Both the position numbers and the translations under genes were made by a program. Below, piece after piece: positions 19,524 through 27,526 of a DNA stretch of 64,000 bases. Every line of letters begins with the position of its first letter. Positions within the stretch are counted from its first letter, which is position 1. The DNA is from an uncultured Bacilli bacterium (GTDB lineage: Bacteria > Bacillota_I > Bacilli_A > RF39 > UBA660). The stretch spans positions 20,349-84,348 of the forward strand of contig CANQQK010000001.1 of NCBI GenBank assembly GCA_947626015.1. The letters run 5' to 3'. The notes beneath the pieces are model-generated. The model ran no database searches. It saw only the letters and a program-made list of their open reading frames with translations, and had not been told where the DNA came from.

Positions 19524-20122
19524 AAATTAACTATGATGAACTGATGATGGAAGAGATTAAGAAATTAAATGGTCATAAAGCTAAACTATTACTTCATAGT
19601 TGTTGTGGACCATGTTCATCATCTTGTATTGAAAGATTAAAGGATTATTTCGATATCACCGTTTTATATTATAATCCCAATATTGAACCCGAAGAGGAAT
19701 ATCTTCATCGTAAAAAGGTTCAAATGGAATTATTGGATAAATTACATATTAAATATTTAGAATGTGATTATGATAATGAAACATTTAGAAGAATTACGAA
19801 ACCCTTATGTAATGAAAAAGAAGGGGGAAAAAGATGTAGTGTATGTTTTGGAATTCGTCTAAAATATACTGCTAAAATGGCAAAAAAATATCAATTCGAT
19901 TATTTTGCGACAACTTTAACTGTTTCTCCCCATAAGAACAGTGCTATAATTAATAATATAGGAAGCAAGATTGGTAATACGATGAATATTAAATATCTAT
20001 ATGCGGATTTTAAAAAACGAGATGGTTATAAAAGAAGTATTGAACTATCTAAGGAATATGGATTATATCGTCAAAATTATTGTGGTTGCTTATATAGTAA
20101 GAGGTGTAATGATGAAGAATAA
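19520..20122 (+). CDS. queH: Epoxyqueuosine reductase QueH (DUF208)
   Basis: LLLHSCCGPCSS Cys cluster and CGCLYS C-terminal motif typical of QueH; start overlaps the divIB stop. Confidence 0.85.
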   Translation: MKINYDELMMEEIKKLNGHKAKLLLHSCCGPCSSSCIERLKDYFDITVLYYNPNIEPEEEYLHRKKVQMELLDKLHIKYLECDYDNETFRRITKPLCNEKEGGKRCSVCFGIRLKYTAKMAKKYQFDYFATTLTVSPHKNSAIINNIGSKIGNTMNIKYLYADFKKRDGYKRSIELSKEYGLYRQNYCGCLYSKRCNDEE

Positions 20123-20621
20123 AGGTTTTACAATGGTTGAACTACTAGCAGTTATTGTCGTTTTAGGTGTTGTTATGGTACTCGTTGTACCAACGGGATT
20201 AAGAGCATTTTATAATGCCCGTACTAGTCTAAATGAGATGGAAAGAGGCGTTGTTATCGATGCTGCTAAAACCTATTTAACGGACTTAGATAAAGGTAAT
20301 AAAAAGTACATCTATCAAGGAAGTGAACCTACAGAAGTAAATGGCCATACTTATCAAAAGGGCGATGCTATTAAAGGTTATGACTTTAGAGTATATGTCA
20401 TCAATCATGATGGTATCGATGTCGATGTTAAAACCTTAGTTGAAGGTGGATACTATGATGAACTATGTAAATATGATAAGGATGGTAATCCAAGTGATGG
20501 CTGTCGTATCAAAGGGGAATGTACTTTAAGAGTTAAATTTAATTATTCAAAGTCTCCTAATGATCTATATTATGTAACGACAGGTTATGAAGCTGAAGTT
20601 GTTAAAGGATGTGAGAAATAA
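20112..20621 (+). CDS. Type IV pilin-like protein (class III signal peptide), orphan
   Basis: MKNKGFTMVELLAVIVVLGVVMVLVV: prepilin peptidase site G/FTMVE with Glu+5; RBS AGAGGTG 6 nt upstream; start overlaps the queH 3' end by 11 nt; C-terminal domain has 4 Cys. Confidence 0.7.
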   Translation: MKNKGFTMVELLAVIVVLGVVMVLVVPTGLRAFYNARTSLNEMERGVVIDAAKTYLTDLDKGNKKYIYQGSEPTEVNGHTYQKGDAIKGYDFRVYVINHDGIDVDVKTLVEGGYYDELCKYDKDGNPSDGCRIKGECTLRVKFNYSKSPNDLYYVTTGYEAEVVKGCEK

Positions 20622-20629
20622 ACGAAGAT

Positions 20630-20657
20630 AATTCGTTTATTTTTTTTAGTAAATATA
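20630..20657 (+). terminator. Rho-independent terminator
   Basis: AAACGAA-GATAAT-TCGTTT followed by ATTTTTTTT. Confidence 0.6.
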
Positions 20658-20686
20658 TTATAATTAAAGATACGAGAGGGATTGTT

Positions 20687-22612
20687 ATGAAGATAAATTA
20701 TATGAAGTTATTTCTATTAAATTATATCTATATAATTATCTTAGAATTAGTATTTAAATTAGGGGTTTTAAAAACCTTTGATATTGGTATTATATATATA
20801 TTAATGATGTCTTTTCCTTTGGCATTATTAGTAACCTTTCTAATGAGTATCTTTAAGAAAAGAGTCAAAAACCAAATAATAAGTTTTATTTTATGGATTA
20901 TAATCTTTTTTATTGTGAGTGCCGAGATCATATATTATAGTTTTTATAAAACGATATGTGGTTTAAGTGCTATTATCTATGGTGGACAAGTAATGGAATT
21001 TATAAGTTCTATTTTAGAACATATCGTTGATAATATTGGTTTTGTTATAATCTGTTTTATACCATTACTTATCTTAATGATTTTATCCTTAACAAAGGTT
21101 ATTAAATATGAACGTTTTCTAGGAAGAGAAAGTCTTGCTTTAGGAATAGGTAGTTTAGTTTTAATATTTGGTTCGATGATGATTGATTTACAAACTAAAG
21201 ATCTAATATGGAATACTAATGATTTGATGCAAAGTACTAATCGTTTAGGTATCAATTCATCTTTAATCTTAGATACGGTTAAATTAGGTATTGGTTTTGA
21301 AGAAAATATGGATGTTACGAGTAAACTTCCTTTTACGAAGAGTAAGGATTTAGAATATAATATTACGAATATTGATTTCGATAAATTGATTGCGGATACC
21401 GATGATGAAACCCTTAAAGATATGCATACCTATTTTAAGAGTGAAATACCTACTAAGAAGAATAAGTATAGTGGTTTATTTGCGGGTAAAAATTTGATTT
21501 TTATTACCGCCGAAGCTTTCTATCCAATAGCTGTTGATAAGGATTTAACACCAACACTATATAAGTTAGTAAATAATGGTTTTGTTTTCAATAATTATTA
21601 TCAACCAATATATAATTGTTCCACATCGGATGGGGAATTCATCAATAATCTATCGATCTTACCAGGGGTTGCTACCTGTTCTTTAAAGAAGACGATAGGA
21701 GTATCTTTACCATATTCTTTAGGTAATATTATGGATGCTTATGGATATAATACTTATGCCTTCCATGGATGGACTTACTCCTATTATGGAAGAGATAAGA
21801 CGCATACCAATATGGGTTATGATTATTATGGATATGATACTTATAAGACTGGTTATAAGAATGCTTTAAAAGGTATTAAATATTCATGGCCGACGAGTGA
21901 TATCGATGTCGTTAATTCGAGTTATGATATCATCGATAAGAGCAAGAACTTTGTGGCTTATTATATGAGCATCTCCGGGCATTTAGCTTATAACTTTACT
22001 GGTGGTAATGCAATAGCTTTAAAGAATCGCGATGCCGTTAAAAATATCGATGCTCCAGAAAGCGTTAAAGCTTACATTGCTACCCAAATTGAATTCGATA
22101 AATCCATGGAACTTTTAATGCAAAAGTTAGAGAGTGATGGTATCTTAGATGATACAGTTATCGTCATATCAGCCGATCATTATCCATATGGTTTAGATAA
22201 TAAAGATATTTCTTCTTATGCTGATTGGATGCAAGATGAAAATTTTGACCTTTATAAGAATAATTTAGTAATATATAATAGTGAGTTAGAGACCACGAGT
22301 GTTGATCGTTATACTTCGAGTTTAGATTTACTTCCAACACTTCTTAATCTCTTTGGTGTTCAATATGATTCCCGTTTACTTATCGGTAATGATATCTTCT
22401 CCGATACGGATGATTTAGTAATCTTCAATAATAAATCATGGATTACTAATAAGGGACGTTATAATTATTTAACGAAGAAGTTTGAGCCATTTAATGGTGA
22501 AAAGGTAAGTCAAGAATATATTGATAATATCAATGATATCGTTAAATTAAAATTTCAAATAAGTAAGTTATTAATATCAAAAGATTATTATCGCATTGTT
22601 TTAGGAGGGTGA
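20687..22612 (+). CDS. LtaS-family polyglycerolphosphate synthase/sulfatase-like (5 TM + extracellular sulfatase domain), paralog 1
   Basis: N-terminal multi-TM block then LIFITAEAFYP...NNYYQP...ISADHYPYG, matching LtaS/alkaline-phosphatase superfamily features. Confidence 0.75.
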   Translation: MKINYMKLFLLNYIYIIILELVFKLGVLKTFDIGIIYILMMSFPLALLVTFLMSIFKKRVKNQIISFILWIIIFFIVSAEIIYYSFYKTICGLSAIIYGGQVMEFISSILEHIVDNIGFVIICFIPLLILMILSLTKVIKYERFLGRESLALGIGSLVLIFGSMMIDLQTKDLIWNTNDLMQSTNRLGINSSLILDTVKLGIGFEENMDVTSKLPFTKSKDLEYNITNIDFDKLIADTDDETLKDMHTYFKSEIPTKKNKYSGLFAGKNLIFITAEAFYPIAVDKDLTPTLYKLVNNGFVFNNYYQPIYNCSTSDGEFINNLSILPGVATCSLKKTIGVSLPYSLGNIMDAYGYNTYAFHGWTYSYYGRDKTHTNMGYDYYGYDTYKTGYKNALKGIKYSWPTSDIDVVNSSYDIIDKSKNFVAYYMSISGHLAYNFTGGNAIALKNRDAVKNIDAPESVKAYIATQIEFDKSMELLMQKLESDGILDDTVIVISADHYPYGLDNKDISSYADWMQDENFDLYKNNLVIYNSELETTSVDRYTSSLDLLPTLLNLFGVQYDSRLLIGNDIFSDTDDLVIFNNKSWITNKGRYNYLTKKFEPFNGEKVSQEYIDNINDIVKLKFQISKLLISKDYYRIVLGG

Positions 22613-22616
22613 TGTT

Positions 22617-23645
22617 ATGGGATTATTTCAAAAGTTCAAAGATAAGTTCTTAAACAAGAAAGAAATCGTTGAAAAAGTCAGTGAAGAAAAGGCTAAAGTA
22701 GAAGATTTAAGTGAAGAGGAACAAGATACTATTAAGTATGATAAGGGTCTTGAGAAAACGAGAAAAGAATTCGTATCTGAACTTAATCTTTTAGGTCATC
22801 GTTTTACTAAGGTAACCGATGAATATTATGATGAACTAGAAAGTCTTTTAATCAAAGCCGATATTGGTGTTAATACGGTATTTAATTTTATCGATCGTTT
22901 AAAGGATCGTGTTAAACATGAAAATATAACGGATACCAATTATCTAACCGAAGTCATCGTTGATGAACTTTTCATGATCTATGTTGAAGGGGAGTCTTTA
23001 ACCGACAAGATCAAGATGGCTGATGAAGGACCAACCGTTATCTTGATGGTTGGGGTTAATGGTGTTGGTAAGACAACGACCATTGGTAAACTTGCCAATA
23101 AATACCATAAGGAAGGCAAAAAGGTCATGCTTATTGCTGGTGATACCTTTAGAGCTGGAGCAGTTCCGCAATTAAAGGAATGGGCGGAAAGGACGGATTC
23201 CTTATTCTATGGTAAAGAGAATGCTGATCCAGCGGGAGTTATCTATGATGGCCTTGTAATGGCTAAAGAGGAAAATGCCGATATCGTCTTAATCGATACG
23301 GCTGGTCGTCTTCAAAACAAAGTTAATTTAATGAACGAACTAGAAAAGATCAATAAGGTTATTGGTAAACATATTCCTGATGCCCCTCATGAAACCTTGC
23401 TGATTATCGATGCTACGACGGGACAAAATGGTATCAGTCAAGCCGAAGCTTTCAAGCAAATCACCAATATTACTGGTATCGTTTTAACGAAACTCGATGG
23501 AACGGCCAAGGGTGGTATCGTCTTAGCAATCAAAGAAACCGTTGGTCTACCGGTTAAATTCATCGGACTTGGTGAAGGTGTTGATGATCTTCGTCCATTC
23601 GATATCGAAGATTATATCTATGGTTTATTTAAGGATATGATGTAA
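22617..23645 (+). CDS. ftsY: Signal recognition particle receptor FtsY
   Basis: GVNGVGKTTTIGKLA (G1), DTAGR (G3), TKLDGTAKGG (G4), GLGEGVDDL. Confidence 0.92.
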   Translation: MGLFQKFKDKFLNKKEIVEKVSEEKAKVEDLSEEEQDTIKYDKGLEKTRKEFVSELNLLGHRFTKVTDEYYDELESLLIKADIGVNTVFNFIDRLKDRVKHENITDTNYLTEVIVDELFMIYVEGESLTDKIKMADEGPTVILMVGVNGVGKTTTIGKLANKYHKEGKKVMLIAGDTFRAGAVPQLKEWAERTDSLFYGKENADPAGVIYDGLVMAKEENADIVLIDTAGRLQNKVNLMNELEKINKVIGKHIPDAPHETLLIIDATTGQNGISQAEAFKQITNITGIVLTKLDGTAKGGIVLAIKETVGLPVKFIGLGEGVDDLRPFDIEDYIYGLFKDMM

Positions 23646-23926
23646 TGGAAGAGCGTATCTATTTAAATAATCTATATGATTATTATAAAAATCTCTTAAC
23701 ACCTAAACAAAGAACCTATTTCGAAGATTATTATTTCGATAATTTAACGATGGAAGAGATTGCTATCAATAATGGTGTTAGTAAAAATGCTATCAGTAAA
23801 TCGTTGATGGAGATTGAAAAAAAAATAATGGAATATGAAGATATTTTACATCTTTATCATAATCGTTTAGAGATTAGTAATATCTTAGATGAAAAGACCT
23901 TCGATAAGATTAGTGATTTGGTATAG
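23645..23926 (+). CDS. ylxM: YlxM/UPF0122 small HTH protein (SRP-associated)
   Basis: 93 aa overlapping the ftsY stop by 1 nt; MEEIA...GVSKNAISKSL HTH typical of YlxM; ffh does not follow here. Confidence 0.75.
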   Translation: MEERIYLNNLYDYYKNLLTPKQRTYFEDYYFDNLTMEEIAINNGVSKNAISKSLMEIEKKIMEYEDILHLYHNRLEISNILDEKTFDKISDLV

Positions 23927-23950
23927 AGAAGATGAAAATCTTCTTTTTCC
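23927..23950 (+). terminator. Rho-independent terminator
   Basis: AGAAGAT-GAAA-ATCTTCT followed by TTTTCC. Confidence 0.55.
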
Positions 23951-23998
23951 TTGTCTAATTAAGCATGTTCGTTTAAAATAAATGCTTGAGATGATTTT

Positions 23999-24655
23999 AT
24001 GAAAGCCATTAGAGAAGCTATGGATAAGGTTTTAGATTATGAAGATATTACCATAATGTTTAATATCTTAATGGATGAATATCATGTCGATGTTCCCTTA
24101 ATGCGTGATCAAGAAATGAATCACATCATGGCTTTTGATGTTGCTAGGGGCGTAATCCTTATCAATGAAGAAAAATGCACTAATATGTATAAAACCTTAT
24201 CCGTTAAAGATGCTAACTATGTCATTTTATTTGCTATTCATCATGAGTTAAATCATGTTTTACAATCCTTAAGAGAAGATGAATTAGGTAAGATCTATGA
24301 GCATTGTTTTAGCTATACCAATTCCTTAGATCATTCCATATCTGCTAAGTTAAGACAGATCATCTATGAAACCATGCATGACTATTTTCCAAGTGAAATT
24401 AATGCTGATATCAAAAGTTATATGGCGATGATTAATTTTCTTAAAGATGTTGATGAAGAAGCCATGAAGAGATATCAAGAACTGCTTATCAATCGTCTTC
24501 TAAGGTTATATCAAAATAATGATTTTTTAAACTTCTATAAAGATGTTTTAAATCTACCTTATCCCATACCTTATTCCTTAGAAGAATCACTAATATATGG
24601 CTTACCATACGACATTCATCTAAAAAGAGAAACCATTTTAAAACTACTCAAATAA
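23999..24655 (+). CDS. Hypothetical HExxH-motif protein (possible ImmA/IrrE-like metallopeptidase fold)
   Basis: FAIHHELNHVLQS contains HELNH (HExxH); otherwise unrecognised. Confidence 0.35.
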   Translation: MKAIREAMDKVLDYEDITIMFNILMDEYHVDVPLMRDQEMNHIMAFDVARGVILINEEKCTNMYKTLSVKDANYVILFAIHHELNHVLQSLREDELGKIYEHCFSYTNSLDHSISAKLRQIIYETMHDYFPSEINADIKSYMAMINFLKDVDEEAMKRYQELLINRLLRLYQNNDFLNFYKDVLNLPYPIPYSLEESLIYGLPYDIHLKRETILKLLK

Positions 24656-24730
24656 TGTAAAGTTTTTCGTTAATAATATATATTATTCGTTATATTAATG
24701 TTATAATTACTTTAAGTAAAGGTGATTTTT

Positions 24731-25105
24731 ATGTTAGAAAATTTCTTTCTACTATTAGATGATACGCACATTGGTGACAATGTATGTTCAGAATCAAATG
24801 TTTTAAAAGCATTACAAGTTGTAGGTTATATAATATTTATTGCTAAATTTGCTGTTCCATTAATCATTATGGTTGTTGGATCCGTTGATATTGCTAAATC
24901 TATTATGGATGGTACACAAGAAGCAGTATCTAAACACGTTAAAGCAATTGCATTACGTTTGGTATTAGGTGTTTTTATCTTCTTTATTCCATCGATTATC
25001 AATGTTATTTTAGCAGCTACACCACAATTTGATGATATTAATGGTGAATATACCTCATGTAAGGATTGTATGTTAACACCATTCGAATGTGAAATACCAG
25101 ATTAA
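24731..25105 (+). CDS. Small two-TM protein with Cys-containing termini (paralog of 42587..42970)
   Basis: RBS AAGGTGA 7 nt before ATG at 24731; two hydrophobic helices separated by a Lys-rich loop; about 30% identity to 42587..42970 over the TM1-loop-TM2 core. Confidence 0.5.
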   Translation: MLENFFLLLDDTHIGDNVCSESNVLKALQVVGYIIFIAKFAVPLIIMVVGSVDIAKSIMDGTQEAVSKHVKAIALRLVLGVFIFFIPSIINVILAATPQFDDINGEYTSCKDCMLTPFECEIPD

Positions 25106-25112
25106 AAAATAA

Positions 25113-25135
25113 GCATGTTGCAACGCAACATGCTT
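25113..25135. terminator. Bidirectional terminator hairpin between convergent genes
   Basis: AGCATGTTGC-AAC-GCAACATGCT perfect palindrome followed by TTTT. Confidence 0.6.
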
Positions 25136-25381
25136 TTATATTTCTTGAAGTAATTTCTTACGAACTTTATATTGTAAGATAAAACCATTTACAAAAGCGG
25201 TAATAATTCCCATTATTGGAACTACCATCTTTAAATGTTCAATATTACTTATATGATTGGTAGAATTAAGAATCATAATGATTATCACAAAGGGGATAAC
25301 CCCAACTATGAATCCAATAATAAAGTATTTCTTACTTTCTTCCCATATAATTGATTGTCTTTCTCTGCTGTTATTCTTCAT
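25136..25381 (-). CDS. Small membrane protein (2 TM)
   Basis: RBS AGAGGT; hydrophobic helices FIIGFIVGVIPFVIIIMIL and VVPIMGIITAFVNGFIL. Confidence 0.45.
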   Translation of the reverse strand: MKNNSRERQSIIWEESKKYFIIGFIVGVIPFVIIIMILNSTNHISNIEHLKMVVPIMGIITAFVNGFILQYKVRKKLLQEI

Positions 25382-25502
25382 ACACTACCTCTATTAGGAT
25401 TATACAATAATTGCAAGTAAAAGTGAATATAATATTAAAAATTATTATCAAATTGCATTAAATTCTAATTAGTAGAGTTGTATCGAACACTTAGTAGGTA
25501 AA

Positions 25503-25531
25503 TTGACATTATTATTAGATTTTGTTATATT
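25503..25531 (+). promoter_or_regulatory. Consensus sigma-A promoter TTGACA-17-TATATT with no downstream CDS
   Basis: TTGACA at 25503..25508, 17-nt spacer, TATATT at 25526..25531. Confidence 0.45.
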
Positions 25532-25537
25532 ATCATT

Positions 25538-25587
25538 AGAAGAACTTGCTGCGGTGCTATTGCCCGTACCTCGTTCTTCTTTTTTGT
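25538..25587 (+). ncRNA. Candidate roughly 50-nt small RNA: hairpin AGAAGAAC-(27-nt GC-richer loop)-GTTCTTCT plus U-tract directly after the promoter
   Basis: Predicted TSS about 25538 coincides with the stem start; stem 25538..25545 / 25573..25580; TTTTTT at 25581..25586; no plus-strand ORF for >1.5 kb. Confidence 0.3.
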
Positions 25588-25618
25588 TCATAAACTTCAA
25601 AAATCGTAAGAGTATTAT

Positions 25619-25667
25619 AAAATTACTCCAAAATTACTCCGAAGTATATGGAATGAGAGTAAAAAAA
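25619..25667. repeat. Conserved about 47-bp element, copy 1 (second copy at 58325..58372), downstream of the tRNA-Ala terminator
   Basis: aaaattactccaaaattactccgaagtatatggaatgagagtaaaaaaa versus aaaaattactcccaaattactccgaagtatatgaactaagagtaaaaaa; contains direct repeat AAATTACTCC x2 and inverted TTACTC/GAGTAA. Confidence 0.6.
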
Positions 25668-25689
25668 CAAAAATAAGCATAATAAAAGG

Positions 25690-25707
25690 CCCGAATTAAC
25701 GGACCTT
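25690..25707 (-). terminator. tRNA-Ala terminator
   Basis: Minus-strand GGUCCG-UUAAUU-CGGGCC followed by UUUUAUUAU. Confidence 0.55.
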
Positions 25708-25717
25708 AATTTACTAA

Positions 25718-25794
25718 TGGTGGAGAGTAGGGGATTCGAACCCCTGACCCTCACGGTGCAAGCGTGATGCTCTAGCCAGCTGAGCTAACTCCCC
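25718..25794 (-). tRNA. tRNA-Ala (anticodon UGC), CCA encoded
   Basis: Reverse complement GGGGAGTTAGCTCAGCTGGCTAGAGCATCACGCTTGCACCGTGAGGGTCAGGGGTTCGAATCCCCTACTCTCCACCA; G3:U70 identity pair; anticodon loop CTTGCAC. Confidence 0.9.
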
Positions 25795-25809
25795 ATCAGC
25801 AACAAAGTT

Positions 25810-25838
25810 ATTGTAGCATAATGAGAAGGTCATTTCAA
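25810..25838 (-). promoter_or_regulatory. tRNA-Ala promoter TTGAAA-17-TGcTACAAT
   Basis: Minus-strand TTGAAATGACCTTCTCATTATGCTACAAT, 9 nt upstream of the tRNA 5' end. Confidence 0.55.
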
Positions 25839-26161
25839 GTATTTTTTTCATAAATATCCATAATATTGGTAAAATAAAGCGAAATATGATTATCGACGAT
25901 AACTTTTTTATTGATGGGATCAATCTTGGTTATCAAACCGGATAATTCGATGATTTGCCCATTGGAAAAATATTTGAAGTTAGCGATAAGCTGACTTTGA
26001 TAACGATCGATAATCTTTCTTTCAAGATATTCGATTTGTTCTTCGGATAATGTTGGCTTTTTAATCTTTCCTCTTTCCTTAAGAAGTTCCCTAACGGCTT
26101 CATTGCTGTTGATAACCGAATTAAAGGGTGCCCACTTAACATCATTACGCATGATGACCAC
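25835..26161 (-). CDS. YolD-like protein (partner of Y-family polymerases)
   Basis: 108 aa overlapping the 3' end of the upstream Y-family polymerase gene by 17 nt, the same arrangement as B. subtilis yqjW-yqjX / uvrX-yolD; size and position diagnostic, sequence similarity weak from memory. Confidence 0.5.
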   Translation of the reverse strand: MVIMRNDVKWAPFNSVINSNEAVRELLKERGKIKKPTLSEEQIEYLERKIIDRYQSQLIANFKYFSNGQIIELSGLITKIDPINKKVIVDNHISLYFTNIMDIYEKNT

Positions 26162-27398
26162 CTATCTTTCCATTGCGTTCTTTAATAGTGGAGTCTTCTA
26201 GAAGACTTGAAGCCTTCAGGATGGCATTTTTACCAAATCTTAAAGCAATATCATCGATAGCATTATTCATGTCTTCCTTTTTCTTTAATTCATCATAGCT
26301 TTCAAAGAGATTTAGTTGTCTTTGATTATTAGGGCTTAAACGCCCAATTGCTAGTGATACCTTACGAATCGGCATGTGATCCGTATAATAGCGTTGGAAC
26401 ATGAAGATGCAAAGACGATATAATTCTTCAGTATCATTGGTAGCACTATTAAGCTTGATCGAATGATAAAAGCCCCCACCAACTGTATGAGAGTAGGATA
26501 TACCAAGATATACCTCTTGACATAAAACCTTTTTATTTCTTAGTCTTCGACATAGAACATCGATCATCTCATAGATGATTATTTTTATATTATAATCATA
26601 ATAATCCTTAAATAATATTTGGGAGTGAGAAAAACTCTTATCCTTTCTTTCGACTTTATGAAGATCTTTAATAATGGTATTATCGATACCATTGGCATGA
26701 AGCCATAAGTCTTCACCAATAACACCAAATTTTTTTCTTAAGATATTGATATCTAAAAGGGCAATATCGCCAACCTTGAAGCAACCCAAGTTATTAAGAC
26801 TTCGCTCGAGGTTACGACCAATACCCCACATCTTCGATAGGGGTTTGATATTCCATAATTTATCCTTAACATCTTGATAGGTCCACATGGCGATATTATC
26901 CTTATTATGTTTAGCTTCAATATCCATACTGACCTTAGCAAGTAACATATTAGGTCCAATACCAGCAGTAGCTGTTAAATGCGTCTTCTCATAGATCGTA
27001 TTTAAAATATCGGTTGCTAATTCATAAGCATTCTTATTATAAAGATGTAAATAATCGGTTACATCTAAGAAGGATTCATCGATCGAATAAACATGAAGGT
27101 CTTCAGCCGCTATATAGTCTAAGAAGATATTGATAACTTCCTTACTCTTATTTTGGTAGAGGCGCATTCTTGGAGGAACCTTAATAATATCGATATCCTT
27201 AGGTAGATCATATACGCGGCATCTTCCCTTGACACCCATATTTTTTAGATAGGGACTGACAGCTAGAGTTATTGCTCCATTGCGTGTCGGATCACAAACA
27301 ACAAGCGGTACCTTAAAGCCATCAATTCCTCTTTCTACACATTCTACGGAAGCAAAAAAACTTTTTAAATCAATACAGAGTATACTTCTTTCAATCAT
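26145..27398 (-). CDS. Y-family (UmuC/DinB-like) translesion DNA polymerase
   Basis: N-terminus MIERSILCIDLKSFFASVE with catalytic Asp in the IDLKSFFASVE motif; SIDESF (catalytic DE); start placed at 27398 because a TTGACT-17-TATATT promoter overlaps the upstream ATG at 27428. Confidence 0.85.
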   Translation of the reverse strand: MIERSILCIDLKSFFASVECVERGIDGFKVPLVVCDPTRNGAITLAVSPYLKNMGVKGRCRVYDLPKDIDIIKVPPRMRLYQNKSKEVINIFLDYIAAEDLHVYSIDESFLDVTDYLHLYNKNAYELATDILNTIYEKTHLTATAGIGPNMLLAKVSMDIEAKHNKDNIAMWTYQDVKDKLWNIKPLSKMWGIGRNLERSLNNLGCFKVGDIALLDINILRKKFGVIGEDLWLHANGIDNTIIKDLHKVERKDKSFSHSQILFKDYYDYNIKIIIYEMIDVLCRRLRNKKVLCQEVYLGISYSHTVGGGFYHSIKLNSATNDTEELYRLCIFMFQRYYTDHMPIRKVSLAIGRLSPNNQRQLNLFESYDELKKKEDMNNAIDDIALRFGKNAILKASSLLEDSTIKERNGKIGGHHA

Positions 27399-27423
27399 AA
27401 TTCTTCGCCCAATATCAATATAA

Positions 27424-27439
27424 TACATATGTTCGTATT
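27424..27439. promoter_or_regulatory. Possible LexA (Cheo-like) box inside the polymerase promoter spacer
   Basis: Minus strand ATACGAACATATGTAT versus CGAACATATGTTCG consensus (GAAC-N4-GTAT; 2 mismatches in the right half). Confidence 0.25.
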
Positions 27440-27526
27440 AGTCAAGAGTAATTGATTAATAATTGAACTTTCTAACAATTTATTTTATACTTATATCGTA
27501 AGAATATAAAAGAGAGTAGGAATCTT

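Noticed and set aside
20001-20111. N-terminal extension of the pilin ORF listed as 20001..20621
   Set aside because: The extension lies inside queH in another frame; the RBS AGAGGTG and the class III signal peptide fix the start at 20112.
25463-25591. 43-codon minus-strand ORF antisense to the candidate sRNA hairpin (possible type I toxin)
   Set aside because: The product is hydrophilic and Ser/Asn-rich, not a membrane peptide, and has a weak RBS; treated as chance.
25714-26145. ORFs 25714..25923 and 25933..26145 on the minus strand
   Set aside because: They overlap tRNA-Ala and are out of frame inside the better-supported yolD-like gene; no RBS.
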